A stretch of DNA of 64,000 nucleotides from Alphaproteobacteria bacterium (GTDB lineage: Bacteria > Pseudomonadota > Alphaproteobacteria > DSM-16000 > Inquilinaceae): the NCBI GenBank assembly GCA_028281985.1, contig JANQIU010000030.1:12615-76614 (forward strand). Direction: 5' to 3'. Below are positions 52,571-62,428 of the stretch, piece after piece. The translations under genes were made by a program, and so were the position numbers. The stretch's first letter is position 1. Every line of letters starts with the position of its first letter. A model generated the notes under the pieces. The model worked only from the letters and a program-made list of their open reading frames with translations, was not told the DNA's origin and made no database searches.

Positions 52571-53596
52571 TCAATGGTCGGTCGGCCAGAAGCCGGTCTT
52601 GCGATGGAAGTTGTGGTGCGCTTCCACGTATCGGCTGGTCCCGCTCTTCGACCGCATGACCAGGGTATGGGTCACCGCCCCGCCGGCGAACCGCCGCACG
52701 CCCTTGAGCAGCGACCCGGTGGTCACGCCGGTGGCCGCGAACATCACGTCGCCGGAGGCCAACCCCTTCAGATCGTAGATACGGCTGAAGTCGCTGTCGG
52801 GAATGCCGTGGTTACGAGCCCGGTTCTTTTCATCTTCGTTACGGAAGATCAGCCGGCCCAGCATCTGGCCGCCGATGCAGCGGAGCGCAGCCGCCGCCAG
52901 CACGCCCTCCGGCGCGCCGCCGGAGCCGATATAAATGTCGACGCCGCTTTCCGGCTGCGAGGTGGCGATCACGCCGGACACGTCGCCGTCGCCGATCAGC
53001 ATGATCCGGGCGCCGGCCTCGCGCACTCGGGCGATCAGTTCGGAATGCCTCGGCCGGTCGAGAATGCACACGACCAGATCCGAGACGTCGCAGCGCTTGG
53101 CCAGGGCCAGCGACTTCAGGTTATGTGACGGCAGAGCATCGATATCGATCAGATCGTCGGGCAGGCCGGCGCCGACGGCGATCTTGTCCATGTAGGTGTC
53201 AGGCGCCTTCAGGAACCCGCCCTTGTTGGCCATGGCCAGCACCGCCAAGGCGTTGGGGCCACCCTTTGCCGTGATGGTGGTTCCTTCCAGCGGATCCAGG
53301 GCGATGTCGACCTCCGGGCCGCCCTCGCCGACCTTCTCGCCGATATACAGCATCGGCGCTTCGTCGCGTTCCCCTTCCCCGATCACCACCTCGCCTTCGA
53401 TCGACAGGCTGTTGAGGGCCTGCCGCATGGCATCGACCGCCGCCTGGTCGGCCGCCTTCTCGTCGCCCCGGCCCATCAGCAGCGATGCCGACAGGGCGGC
53501 GGCCTCCGTCACCCGGGTCGCCTCCAGCGCCAGGTTCCGGTCCATATGCTGTCCGGCCGGCAGCGCCAGCTCGGTATGTACAACGTCTTCCATCAT
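52571..53596 (-). CDS. glpX: class II fructose-1,6-bisphosphatase
   Basis: Motifs ATRVTEAAALSAS, GRGDEKAADQAAV, DIALDPLEGT. ATG at 53596 has a GGGGGA SD. The alternative ATG is at 53545. Confidence 0.9.
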   Translation of the reverse strand: MMEDVVHTELALPAGQHMDRNLALEATRVTEAAALSASLLMGRGDEKAADQAAVDAMRQALNSLSIEGEVVIGEGERDEAPMLYIGEKVGEGGPEVDIALDPLEGTTITAKGGPNALAVLAMANKGGFLKAPDTYMDKIAVGAGLPDDLIDIDALPSHNLKSLALAKRCDVSDLVVCILDRPRHSELIARVREAGARIMLIGDGDVSGVIATSQPESGVDIYIGSGGAPEGVLAAAALRCIGGQMLGRLIFRNEDEKNRARNHGIPDSDFSRIYDLKGLASGDVMFAATGVTTGSLLKGVRRFAGGAVTHTLVMRSKSGTSRYVEAHHNFHRKTGFWPTDH

Positions 53597-53670
53597 CGGT
53601 CCCCCTGCTCCGAGCTCGTTGGGCCGGCAACCTCCACAAGGGCGTTGGCACGCCCGTCACGGGTCGCCGG

Positions 53671-54963
53671 CTAAAGCGCCTCGATGCGGATCAGCCTCGG
53701 TGGCTCAAGCACGCTATCGAGACGGTCGATCGTTTGCATTGCATCCATTATCGCAGATTCGGCCGTGTCATGGGTGGTGATCACCAGCGGCACAGCGTCA
53801 TCGGGTGCGCGCCCCCGCTGCAGAAAGCTCTCTACCGAGATCTGATGGTCCCGCATGACGGCGGTGATATCGGCAATCACGCCGGGCCGGTCGATCACCA
53901 TCAGCCGCAGATAGTAGGCGCCGCGGCGCAACCCCATCGCCACCGGGGCCAGGGTGGCCAACCGGTCGACGGCAGCCCCATAGGTGTTGGCGGCATTACC
54001 CCGCGCCAGATCACAAAGGTCGCCGACGGCCGCGGACGCGGTCGGCCCCGCGCCGGCCCCCATGCCGTAGAGCAGCACCGGGCCGACATGGTTGCCCTGC
54101 AGTTCCACGGCATTGAATGCGCCGCCGACCGACGCCATCGGGGTATCCTTGCCGATCATACAGGGATGCACCCGCAGTTCGACGCCGCCGTCCCGCTGGT
54201 GGGCGATGCCCAGCAGTTTGATCCGCAGGCCCAGCTCTTCGGCGTAGGCGATATCCTGGGCGCTGACATGCCGGATGCCTTCGACATGGACCGCCTGGAA
54301 ATCCACGCGGGTGTTGAAGGCCAGCGAGGCCAGGACCGCCAGCTTGTGGGCGGTGTCCACCCCATCGATGTCGAAACTGGGATCGGCTTCGGCGTATCCC
54401 AGCGCCTGGGCTTCGGCCAGGACATCGGCGAATTCGCGCCCGGTCTCGCGCATGCCGGTCAGGATGTAGTTGCAGGTGCCGTTCAGAATGCCGAACAGCG
54501 ACCGGATGCGATTGCCGGCCAACCCTTCGCGCAGCGCCTTGACCACCGGGATGCCGCCCGCCACGGCCGCCTCGTAGGCCAGGGAGGTTGCCCCGCCTTC
54601 CGCCCGAACCGCCAGGGCCGGCCCATGGATCGCCAGCAGGGCCTTGTTGGCCGTCACAACGGCGCGGCCGGCATCGATCGCGGTTTCGCACACCGCCTTG
54701 GCCACGCCGTCGGCACCGCCGATCAGCTCCACCACCACGTCGCAGGGGGCCGTCCGGGCCATCTCCGCCGCATCGTCGAACCAGGCGATGCCGGACAGGT
54801 CGAGCCCGCGGTCCCGCGTCCGGTCGCGGGCCGATACGGCGGTGACCTGAATCTCGCGGCCGCAGCGCTGGGCGATCAGCGAAGCTTCCGCGTGCAAAAG
54901 CCGGACGACTTCCGCCCCGACCGTACCCAGACCGGCGACGGCAACGCGGAGCGGCCCGCTCAC
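53671..54963 (-). CDS. hom: homoserine dehydrogenase
   Basis: N-terminus LRVAVAGLGTVGAEVV, catalytic domain, C-terminal ACT domain. GTG start overlaps the upstream stop (GTGA). Confidence 0.92.
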   Translation of the reverse strand: MSGPLRVAVAGLGTVGAEVVRLLHAEASLIAQRCGREIQVTAVSARDRTRDRGLDLSGIAWFDDAAEMARTAPCDVVVELIGGADGVAKAVCETAIDAGRAVVTANKALLAIHGPALAVRAEGGATSLAYEAAVAGGIPVVKALREGLAGNRIRSLFGILNGTCNYILTGMRETGREFADVLAEAQALGYAEADPSFDIDGVDTAHKLAVLASLAFNTRVDFQAVHVEGIRHVSAQDIAYAEELGLRIKLLGIAHQRDGGVELRVHPCMIGKDTPMASVGGAFNAVELQGNHVGPVLLYGMGAGAGPTASAAVGDLCDLARGNAANTYGAAVDRLATLAPVAMGLRRGAYYLRLMVIDRPGVIADITAVMRDHQISVESFLQRGRAPDDAVPLVITTHDTAESAIMDAMQTIDRLDSVLEPPRLIRIEAL

Positions 54964-56183
54964 AGGGCAACCGCGCGGATACGGGGCTGCTCCGCGGTCG
55001 TCGGCGGATTGGCGAGGAAAGACTTGATGTTGCGGACCGCCTGGCGGATCCGCTGCCGGTTCTCCACCAGGGCGATGCGGACGTGATCATCGCCGTACTC
55101 GCCGAAGCCGACGCCGGGTGAGACGGCGACATTCGCGTGTTCCAGCAGCAGCTTGGCGAACTCCAGCGACCCCAGGTGCTGGAACGCGGGCGGGATCGGC
55201 GCCCAGGCATACATGCTGGCGGCCGGCCTCGGCACCGACCAGCCCGCCGCCTCGAGCCCGTCGATCAGCACGTCCCGGCGATCGCGGTAAAGCCGGCGGA
55301 TGTCTTCGACACAATCCTGGGGACCGTTCAGCGCGGCCGTGGCGGCAACCTGGATCGGGGTGAAAGCGCCGTAGTCCAGATAGGATTTCACCCGGGCCAG
55401 GGCGGCGATCAGCTTGGCATTGCCGACCGCGAAGCCGATCCGCCATCCGGGCATGGAGTAGGTCTTGCTGACGGAAGAGAACTCCACGGCGATCTCGCGC
55501 GCCCGCGGCACCTGCAGGATCGACGGCGGCGGCGGGCAGTCGAAGAAGATCTCGGCATAGGCGAGATCCGACAGCACGTAGATGTCCCGGTTCAGACAGT
55601 AGTCGACGACCGCCTCGTAGAAGTCGAGGTCGACCACCTGGGCCGTCGGATTTGACGGGAAGTTCAGCACGACGGCCGTCGGCTTCGGCACACTGTGGCG
55701 AACCGAGCGGTCGATGGCGGTCAGCAGGTCTTCGCCATGGCCGACGGGCAGGCTGCGGATGGCCGCCCCGGCGATGATGAAGCCGAACATGTGGATGGGG
55801 TAGCTGGGGTTCGGCGCCAGAACGATGTCGCCCGGGCTGGTGATCGCCTGCGCCAGATTGGCCAGCCCCTCCTTGGAGCCGATCGTGACCACGGCCTCGC
55901 GCTCGGGATCCAGGTCAACGCCGAAACGCCGGCCGTAATAGCCGCACAGCGCACGACGCAAACCCGGAATGCCGCGGGAATTGGAGTAGCGGTGCGTGCG
56001 CGGGTTCTGAACGGTCTCGACCAGCTTGTCGACGATGTGCTGGGGCGGCGGCGTATCCGGATTGCCCATCCCAAGGTCGATGATGTCTTCGCCGCGCGCC
56101 CGCGCCGCCGCCTTCATGGAGTTGACGACGGCAAACACGTACGGCGGCAGCCGTTTGATCTTGTGGAACTCCTGATCGATCAC
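54960..56183 (-). CDS. class I/II PLP aminotransferase (AlaC-like)
   Basis: Motifs RLPPYVFAVVN, GEDIIDLGMGNPD, NPSYPIH, FSSVSKTYSMPGWRIGF. Close by eye to E. coli AlaC as I remember it. Confidence 0.9.
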   Translation of the reverse strand: MIDQEFHKIKRLPPYVFAVVNSMKAAARARGEDIIDLGMGNPDTPPPQHIVDKLVETVQNPRTHRYSNSRGIPGLRRALCGYYGRRFGVDLDPEREAVVTIGSKEGLANLAQAITSPGDIVLAPNPSYPIHMFGFIIAGAAIRSLPVGHGEDLLTAIDRSVRHSVPKPTAVVLNFPSNPTAQVVDLDFYEAVVDYCLNRDIYVLSDLAYAEIFFDCPPPPSILQVPRAREIAVEFSSVSKTYSMPGWRIGFAVGNAKLIAALARVKSYLDYGAFTPIQVAATAALNGPQDCVEDIRRLYRDRRDVLIDGLEAAGWSVPRPAASMYAWAPIPPAFQHLGSLEFAKLLLEHANVAVSPGVGFGEYGDDHVRIALVENRQRIRQAVRNIKSFLANPPTTAEQPRIRAVAL

Positions 56184-56238
56184 CGATGCATCCTCAAAGT
56201 CTGCGCCCCGTCCCAGCGCGGCGGGGCGATGCGGCCTG

Positions 56239-58524
56239 TTACCCCTGCCCTATGGCATAATCGAGGTAGATCTCGGCCCGCCGGTTGCGGATCTCGTCCG
56301 AACCGGCCAGTTGTTCACCTGCGGCGTCAACCGTGACCATGGTCGCCGGCACACCCAGCTGGTTCAGATAGTCGCTGACGGCCGTCGCCCGGTTCAGCGA
56401 TTCCCCGTAGTTGGTCACACCCCGCAGGATCGGGTCGGCGATGGCCCCCGACCGGCTGGCGTGGCCCAGGACGTGGATCCTGGCGCCGGTTCGGCGGTGT
56501 TCCTCGACGATGGCGGCGATCACTTCCCGGTCCCGGCCCGACAGGCGCGCCGACCCTTCGGCGAAGAAGATCGTGGCCGCCAGCGCACCCCGCTGCAGCG
56601 CTACGGGCGCCAGGGCGATCGGCTGGACCGTCACCGGGGCCTGTGCCACCGGCGGCAGGGCGGTGACCGGCAGCGGTGTCGGCGGCGCCAGGGGTTGAAC
56701 GCCAGGGAACGCCTGACCGGCGGGCGCAGCGGGTCGGGCCGCGTCGGGCAGAACCGCCAGGGCCGGAAGCCGGGCCGTGCCGCTGACCTGCCCGTCGGGC
56801 AGGATCGCCCGGCCCGACTGGCTGAACGCCAGCAGGAAAGCCCGCTCGGTCGGATCGGCGGGAAGCTGGGTATCCGGGATGCCCGCCGGCTCCTCGACAC
56901 TGAACGCCGGCAGCTGCTCGGTCTCCACCGGCCCCGGGATCACCGGGGGCTGATCGTCATCCTGCACCAGCGCCTGGGGCGCAGCCGGCACCGTCGGCGT
57001 GGTTGCCGGCGGCTGCGGCGGCTGAGGCGGCGCAACCGCGGCGACTTCGGGCGCCGGCGGCAAGTCCGATGGAGTCACTGGTGTTGCCGAAGGGGGCGCC
57101 GGTTGCGCGGGCGACGCCGCAGGGGCCGCGGGCGGGGGTGCCGGCGCGGCGACCGGTGCGGACGGAGGCGTCGGGCGCGCGGGCGCTGGCGCGGCGGATG
57201 CTTGGATCCGTTGCGGTGGCGGCGGTATGCGAAGCGCCAGGGGTGGCAGGGAGGCCGCCTGGACCACCGGTGCCGGCGGTGTCGGCAAGGCAGCCGCTTG
57301 CGCCGGGACCTCGGGCACCGCCGGCAGGTCCGTCCGCGGGCGCGCGGTGTCGGCCGGCGGCGGGGCGACGGGGGCCACCGGCACGCCGACGGCCGGTGTG
57401 GCGGGTGCGGGTGTGGCGGGTGCGGGTGTCGTCGGGCGCGGCGACGTGTCCTCCAAGCCGGAAAACGCTGGTGCCGGCTGGTCCGGTATTCTGGGCGTGA
57501 GCCGCTGCGGCACCTCCCCAGCCCGCAAGGCGGCCCGATCCCGCTCAAGCCGGGCCTGCAGCTCGGCCAGCTCCGCCTGGGTGGGCAGATTGTCCGGTCT
57601 TTCCGGCACATCGCTCAGGCTCGGGAAGCCTTCGCGGGTCGGCGGCCTGGGCAGGCGGTCGATGGCCGGCGTACCCGCGGGCGGCGTCGCGGCCGGTGCC
57701 TGAGCCGTCACCGTCGGTGCGCTGGGCGCCGGGGCCGTTGGCACCGGCTGCGCCTCGATCGAGGGCGCCGGCGTGGCGATCGCGGGGGCCGGCGCTGCCG
57801 GTGCGGCAGGTACCGGATCCTGCTGGGCGGCCACGATCTCGGCCGACCGGTCGAGCTCCGCCTGCAGCCGCTGGTCGATGCCCGTCGGCGCTTCGGCGAC
57901 GGCCGCAGGCCTTGGGGCAGCCGCGACCGTCGGCGGCGGCAGGATCAATTGCGGGGGCGCGGTCGCCACCTGCGCCTGGGGTGCCACAGGCGCCGGCGCC
58001 ACCGGCGTCGGTAGCGTTGGGCTCGCCACAGCCGGTGTCGGGGCAGCCGATGTCGGGGCCACCGGCTCCGGGGTAGGCGTCGCCGGAGCGGCAGCGGGCG
58101 GCGCGGTCACCGGGGGTGCCGTCACGGTGGGGGGCGCCGTAGCGATCACGGGGGCCGGTGCAGGGTCGGGGCGGACATCGTCCAGGGCCTCTGCCGTGAC
58201 CGGTGCCACGGGTGCGCCGTCCGGCTGGGCCGGCTCTACGATGGCCGGGGCCGCTTCATCCGGCGCGGGAAGGTCCGCGGCTTCCGCCGTCTCCACGGTC
58301 GGCTCCGCTGCCGGGGCCGGTTCGATCGGCGGCGGCGGTTGCGCGACCTGGGGACGGCCGATGGTGGGTTCGATATCGCCAGCGTAGGGTGTATTGTCGA
58401 ACAGGCCGCTACGCCCGGTGGAGCAGGCCGACACGGCAATCAGCGCCACGCCGCAGGCCAACCCGGCAGTCAGGCCCGGGGCCTGGCGCAGGGGGGCGAG
58501 CAGCCCGCGCCGTAACTTGCTCAT
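56239..58524 (-). CDS. OmpA-domain lipoprotein with a Pro/Ala/Thr-rich low-complexity region of roughly 600 aa
   Basis: Lipobox LIAVSAC. C-terminal OmpA-like domain (IFFAEGSARLSGRD ... NRRAEIYL). AAGGAG SD before ATG 58524. Confidence 0.8.
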   Translation of the reverse strand: MSKLRRGLLAPLRQAPGLTAGLACGVALIAVSACSTGRSGLFDNTPYAGDIEPTIGRPQVAQPPPPIEPAPAAEPTVETAEAADLPAPDEAAPAIVEPAQPDGAPVAPVTAEALDDVRPDPAPAPVIATAPPTVTAPPVTAPPAAAPATPTPEPVAPTSAAPTPAVASPTLPTPVAPAPVAPQAQVATAPPQLILPPPTVAAAPRPAAVAEAPTGIDQRLQAELDRSAEIVAAQQDPVPAAPAAPAPAIATPAPSIEAQPVPTAPAPSAPTVTAQAPAATPPAGTPAIDRLPRPPTREGFPSLSDVPERPDNLPTQAELAELQARLERDRAALRAGEVPQRLTPRIPDQPAPAFSGLEDTSPRPTTPAPATPAPATPAVGVPVAPVAPPPADTARPRTDLPAVPEVPAQAAALPTPPAPVVQAASLPPLALRIPPPPQRIQASAAPAPARPTPPSAPVAAPAPPPAAPAASPAQPAPPSATPVTPSDLPPAPEVAAVAPPQPPQPPATTPTVPAAPQALVQDDDQPPVIPGPVETEQLPAFSVEEPAGIPDTQLPADPTERAFLLAFSQSGRAILPDGQVSGTARLPALAVLPDAARPAAPAGQAFPGVQPLAPPTPLPVTALPPVAQAPVTVQPIALAPVALQRGALAATIFFAEGSARLSGRDREVIAAIVEEHRRTGARIHVLGHASRSGAIADPILRGVTNYGESLNRATAVSDYLNQLGVPATMVTVDAAGEQLAGSDEIRNRRAEIYLDYAIGQG

Positions 58525-58906
58525 CGTCAGCCGGCTCCTTCCGGTAAATAACGTCTACACGGGCATAGACCAGCCGCATACCCGTTGACCAGCCCCGGAC
58601 ACGCCTTCGCGTGTGCAAACATGCCGAGAGTGGTGTATTAACTGGAAATGATCATCTGGCGGGGCGCGAGCGCAGGTTGATTGGGGGATTGGGTGCGCCT
58701 GTAGCGAATCTGCCGACGTCTTGCCCGGGCAACCGGATTGGACGCGCCGCGGCGATGGTCGGTCGGTCGTGCGGGGGATGGAAGCTGTGGGTGCCGGTCA
58801 AGCGGCAGCCCGGATCCGGGGGTACAGATCCACATCCCCTCCCCACCCTGCACGTCGGCCCGGTTGCCCATCTGTGCGCCATCCGTGATGAAAGGGACCT
58901 CACACC

Positions 58907-60724
58907 ATGGCCGATACCACCGTGACCTCGAAGGACACCGGCAGCGACGCCGATTCCGCCCTGCCGAACCCCGTCGTAATGGGCAAGGCGATGACGGATA
59001 TCGCGTCCCGAAGCCAGCGGCTGGTAACCGACTGGCTGAAGCGCCAAACCACCGAAGGCCAGAACCAGTCGCTGGATCCGTTCAATGTCGGCGGCGCGTT
59101 CCTGGAAATGACCGCCAAGCTGATGACCGATCCGGCGCGGCTGGTCCAGGCGCAGATGAGCCTGTGGAACGACTATATGTCGCTGTGGCAGCAGACCGCC
59201 CAGCGCCTGCTGGGGCAGGAGACGGAACCGGTCATCACCCCCGCGCGCGACGACAAGCGCTTCAAGGACAAGGCGTGGGACGAGAACGTCCTGTTCGACT
59301 ACATCAAGCAATCGTATCTGCTGTCCGCCCGCTGGCTGCAGACGACCGTCAATGACGTCGACGGCCTGGACGACAAGACGGCCAAGAAGGTCGACTTCTA
59401 TACGCGGCAGTTCGTCTCGGCGATGGCGCCGTCGAACTTCGTCCTGACCAATCCGGAGGTGCTGCGCACCACGCTGGAGACCAAGGGCGAAAACCTGCTC
59501 AACGGCCTGAACAACCTGCTGAGCGACATGGAGCGGGGCAAGGGCCAGCTCCAGATCAGCCAGACCGACTACACCGCGTTCGAGGTCGGCAAGAACCTGG
59601 CGGTGACCCCGGGCAAGGTCGTCTACCAGAACGACCTGATGCAGCTCCTGATGTACACGCCGACGACGGAAACCGTGGCCAAGCGGCCGCTGCTGATCGT
59701 CATGCCGTGGATCAACAAGTTCTACATCCTGGACCTGAAGCCCAAGAACAGCTTCATCAAATGGGCGGTCGACCAGGGCCACACGGTGTTCGTCACCTCC
59801 TGGGTCAACCCGGATGCGGAGCTGTCGAAGAAGACCTTCGACGACTATCTGCTGGAAGGGCCGATGACCGCGCTGGATGTCATCAAGGACATCACCGGCG
59901 AGGCGGACGTCAACGCCATCGGCTATTGCCTGGGCGGCACGCTGCTGGCGACCACCCTGGCCTACATGGCGTCGAAGGGCGACGACCGGATCAAGAGCGC
60001 CACCTTCTTCACGACGATGACCGATTTCTCCGAACCCGGCGAACTCGGCATCTTCATCGACGAGGAGCAGATCTCCGGCCTTGAAAAGGCGATGAGCGAA
60101 AAGGGCTATCTGGAAGGTTCCACGATGGCCACGACGTTCAACATGCTGCGGGCCAACGACCTGATCTGGTCGTTCGTGGTCAACAACTACCTCCTGGGCA
60201 AGGACCCCTTCCCGTTCGACCTTTTGTATTGGAACAGCGACAGCACCCGCATGCCGGCGGTGATGCACAGCTTCTACCTGCGCAAGATGTACCAGGAGAA
60301 CCTGCTGAAGGAGCCGGGCGCGATCACCATCGACGGCGTGCCCATCGACCTCAGCAAGATCTCCACGCCGATCTTCATGCTGTCGGCCAAGGAGGACCAT
60401 ATCGCGCCGTGGAAGTCGAACTACGCGCTGACCCAGTTCGTCAGCGGTCCGGCGAAGTTCTGCCTGGCGGCCTCCGGCCATATCGCCGGAGTGGTCAACC
60501 CGCCGGCGGCCGGCAAGTACTGCTACTGGACCCAGAGCAAGACGCCGAAGTCACCCGACGCGTGGTACAACGGCACCAAGCAGTCCGACGGGTCCTGGTG
60601 GCCGGAATGGCAGCGCTGGGTGTCGAAATTCGGCGAGGGCCAGGTGCCGGCCCGCGAGCCGGGCAGCGACAAGTACAAGCCCATCGAAGATGCGCCCGGC
60701 AGCTATGTGAAGATGAAATCATAA
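58907..60724 (+). CDS. phaC: class I poly(R)-hydroxyalkanoate synthase
   Basis: 605 aa. Lipase-box GYCLGG, WNSDSTRMP, conserved His region (SGHIAGVVNPP). Confidence 0.93.
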   Translation: MADTTVTSKDTGSDADSALPNPVVMGKAMTDIASRSQRLVTDWLKRQTTEGQNQSLDPFNVGGAFLEMTAKLMTDPARLVQAQMSLWNDYMSLWQQTAQRLLGQETEPVITPARDDKRFKDKAWDENVLFDYIKQSYLLSARWLQTTVNDVDGLDDKTAKKVDFYTRQFVSAMAPSNFVLTNPEVLRTTLETKGENLLNGLNNLLSDMERGKGQLQISQTDYTAFEVGKNLAVTPGKVVYQNDLMQLLMYTPTTETVAKRPLLIVMPWINKFYILDLKPKNSFIKWAVDQGHTVFVTSWVNPDAELSKKTFDDYLLEGPMTALDVIKDITGEADVNAIGYCLGGTLLATTLAYMASKGDDRIKSATFFTTMTDFSEPGELGIFIDEEQISGLEKAMSEKGYLEGSTMATTFNMLRANDLIWSFVVNNYLLGKDPFPFDLLYWNSDSTRMPAVMHSFYLRKMYQENLLKEPGAITIDGVPIDLSKISTPIFMLSAKEDHIAPWKSNYALTQFVSGPAKFCLAASGHIAGVVNPPAAGKYCYWTQSKTPKSPDAWYNGTKQSDGSWWPEWQRWVSKFGEGQVPAREPGSDKYKPIEDAPGSYVKMKS

Positions 60725-60763
60725 CAACGCGTTAGACTGCTTTCTTCGCATCGCTTGCGAGAT

Positions 60764-60799
60764 GCCCCGTCCGGTTCGCCGGGCGGGGCAGCTTCTTTC
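60764..60799 (+). terminator. probable intrinsic terminator after phaC
   Basis: GCCCCGTCCGG-ttcg-CCGGGCGGGGC (11-bp stem with one G.U pair, UUCG loop) followed by AGCTTCTTTC. Confidence 0.6.
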
Positions 60800-60841
60800 G
60801 GGGCTTGCCGCCCGGCGCCCGCGCGCCTAGCTCGCCCTTTC

Positions 60842-61465
60842 ATGTCCATCACGATCGACCATCCCCCTCCCACCCTGGACGCCGTGTTGGTGCAGGCGTG
60901 GGATCTGCTGGACCGTGGTGCCGCGGACCGGCGTCACCGGTTCCACACACCCGTGTTGGCAACCCTGGGTCTGCACGGCGCGCCCGAAGCGCGAACCGTC
61001 GTGCTCAGGGCGGCGGACCGGGTGGGACGCCGCCTGCGCGTCCATTCCGACCGGCGCGCCCCGAAGGTTGCGCAGATGCAGGCCGAAGACCGGGTTTCCG
61101 TCGTCTTCTACGATCCCGCAGAGAAGATCCAGGTTCGCATTGCCGGCCGCGCCGACCTGCATGTCGATGCCGACCCCGCTGCCCAATCCGCCTGGGCAGC
61201 GACCAGCCGGTTCGGCCGCCGGTGCTATCTGGCCGAAGCCGGTCCGGGAACGCCGGCCAGCACGCCGATCTCCGGACTGCCGGCCGAATTGGAAGGCCGC
61301 GAACCGTCTTGGGACGCGACCGAAGCCGGCCTGGCAAACTTCGTCGCCATCACCATCCAGATCACCGTACTGGACTGGCTCCACCTGGCCCATTCCGGCC
61401 ACCGCCGTGCCCGGTTCGAATGGACAGACAACCCAACGCCGTTCGCTACGTGGTGTGCCCCGTAG
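60842..61465 (+). CDS. pyridoxamine 5'-phosphate oxidase-family (FMN-binding split-barrel) protein
   Basis: ATG at 60842. Motifs RHRFHTPVLATLG and ARTVVLR typical of PNPOx-like folds. Confidence 0.7.
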   Translation: MSITIDHPPPTLDAVLVQAWDLLDRGAADRRHRFHTPVLATLGLHGAPEARTVVLRAADRVGRRLRVHSDRRAPKVAQMQAEDRVSVVFYDPAEKIQVRIAGRADLHVDADPAAQSAWAATSRFGRRCYLAEAGPGTPASTPISGLPAELEGREPSWDATEAGLANFVAITIQITVLDWLHLAHSGHRRARFEWTDNPTPFATWCAP

Positions 61466-62078
61466 CCGAGTCGACACCGGATTGGTCTGGCCTCGCCAGA
61501 AGACTGTTTCGGTAGTCGATCACGGCAAAACCAGCGACAACAAATGGGAGCATTACGACTGCCAATACAGGCAAGCTGAGGATGGTATACACACCCAAAT
61601 ACAAAAAGTAAGTCGGGACGTGCAGACCGTATGGGTCGTCGGTCGCATCGCCAAGCGCCTCGAAATTGGACACGAAGGTCACCGTTTCACCTGACTGAAC
61701 ATGGATGACTATCATGAATACCGAGTGGAACCATACTCCACCGACCAGGCAAAGAAGAAGATAGACGATTGCTAGGCGAGTCTTTGTCCAATGACACCGC
61801 TTCCTGACTTGACCCATTCTAAGTGAAGATGCACTTCCGCACCTCTGCAAGCGCCGCAGAGCTATTTGTGGCAATAGTGTAGTGAGCGACGACAGGAGGA
61901 CGGTGGGCCAAATCAACAACGTCCATATCCATCCCGATCTCAAATACAGTGACCAGGGTGTCAACAGCTCTGAACCCACCTGGGGATTTACATAGCCATT
62001 CAGGCTGGCTATGGCGACAACGACATACTGGAATACAAGCGTCCCGATAAACGTGAATATGATATACTTTGATATCAA
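61446..62078 (-). CDS. hypothetical 4-TM membrane protein in a low-GC insert (ORFan)
   Basis: Only long ORF in the insert. TTG start with GGGGG 8 nt upstream. Four clear hydrophobic helices. The last 20 nt overlap the convergent PNPOx-family gene. Confidence 0.55.
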   Translation of the reverse strand: MISKYIIFTFIGTLVFQYVVVAIASLNGYVNPQVGSELLTPWSLYLRSGWIWTLLIWPTVLLSSLTTLLPQIALRRLQRCGSASSLRMGQVRKRCHWTKTRLAIVYLLLCLVGGVWFHSVFMIVIHVQSGETVTFVSNFEALGDATDDPYGLHVPTYFLYLGVYTILSLPVLAVVMLPFVVAGFAVIDYRNSLLARPDQSGVDSATGHTT

Positions 62079-62105
62079 TCTTTTGCCCCCGATTTACTGG
62101 CTAGT

Positions 62106-62122
62106 CAGAAATTATATTTCTG
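62106..62122. promoter_or_regulatory. 17-bp palindrome overlapping a TATAAT hexamer upstream of the ORFan
   Basis: CAGAAAT-tat-ATTTCTG. On the minus strand TATAAT lies at 62116..62111, 33 nt upstream of the TTG start. No convincing -35. Confidence 0.4.
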
Positions 62123-62198
62123 TCCTACGATATAGTTCCGACAATTTTTGATATTGTTGAGGCAAGATCGAGGCAATCGCAAAGCGAATTACTCAAGC

Positions 62199-62390
62199 TT
62201 ACTGAACCGCGCGCTTCCAGATCGCGCCATCTGCGCGCGCCCATTCCTCCTTCAGACTACCGTCATCCCGACATACCGAAACAATCTGCCATATCCGATC
62301 ATACGGATGGCTGAGGAGTGGAATTCGGCGCGACGGCGAGGCGAGCTGCCGCCACAGTGCCGGATGCGCTGGACCCAAGACCGTAAACAT
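62199..62390 (-). CDS. doubtful small ORF (63 aa)
   Basis: ATG at 62390. Native GC, no family recognised. Only 38 nt from the divergent mscS start. Confidence 0.25.
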   Translation of the reverse strand: MFTVLGPAHPALWRQLASPSRRIPLLSHPYDRIWQIVSVCRDDGSLKEEWARADGAIWKRAVQ

Positions 62391-62428
62391 CGGCCAGCGA
62401 CCTGCACGACAACGAGAAAGGCTGAGAC

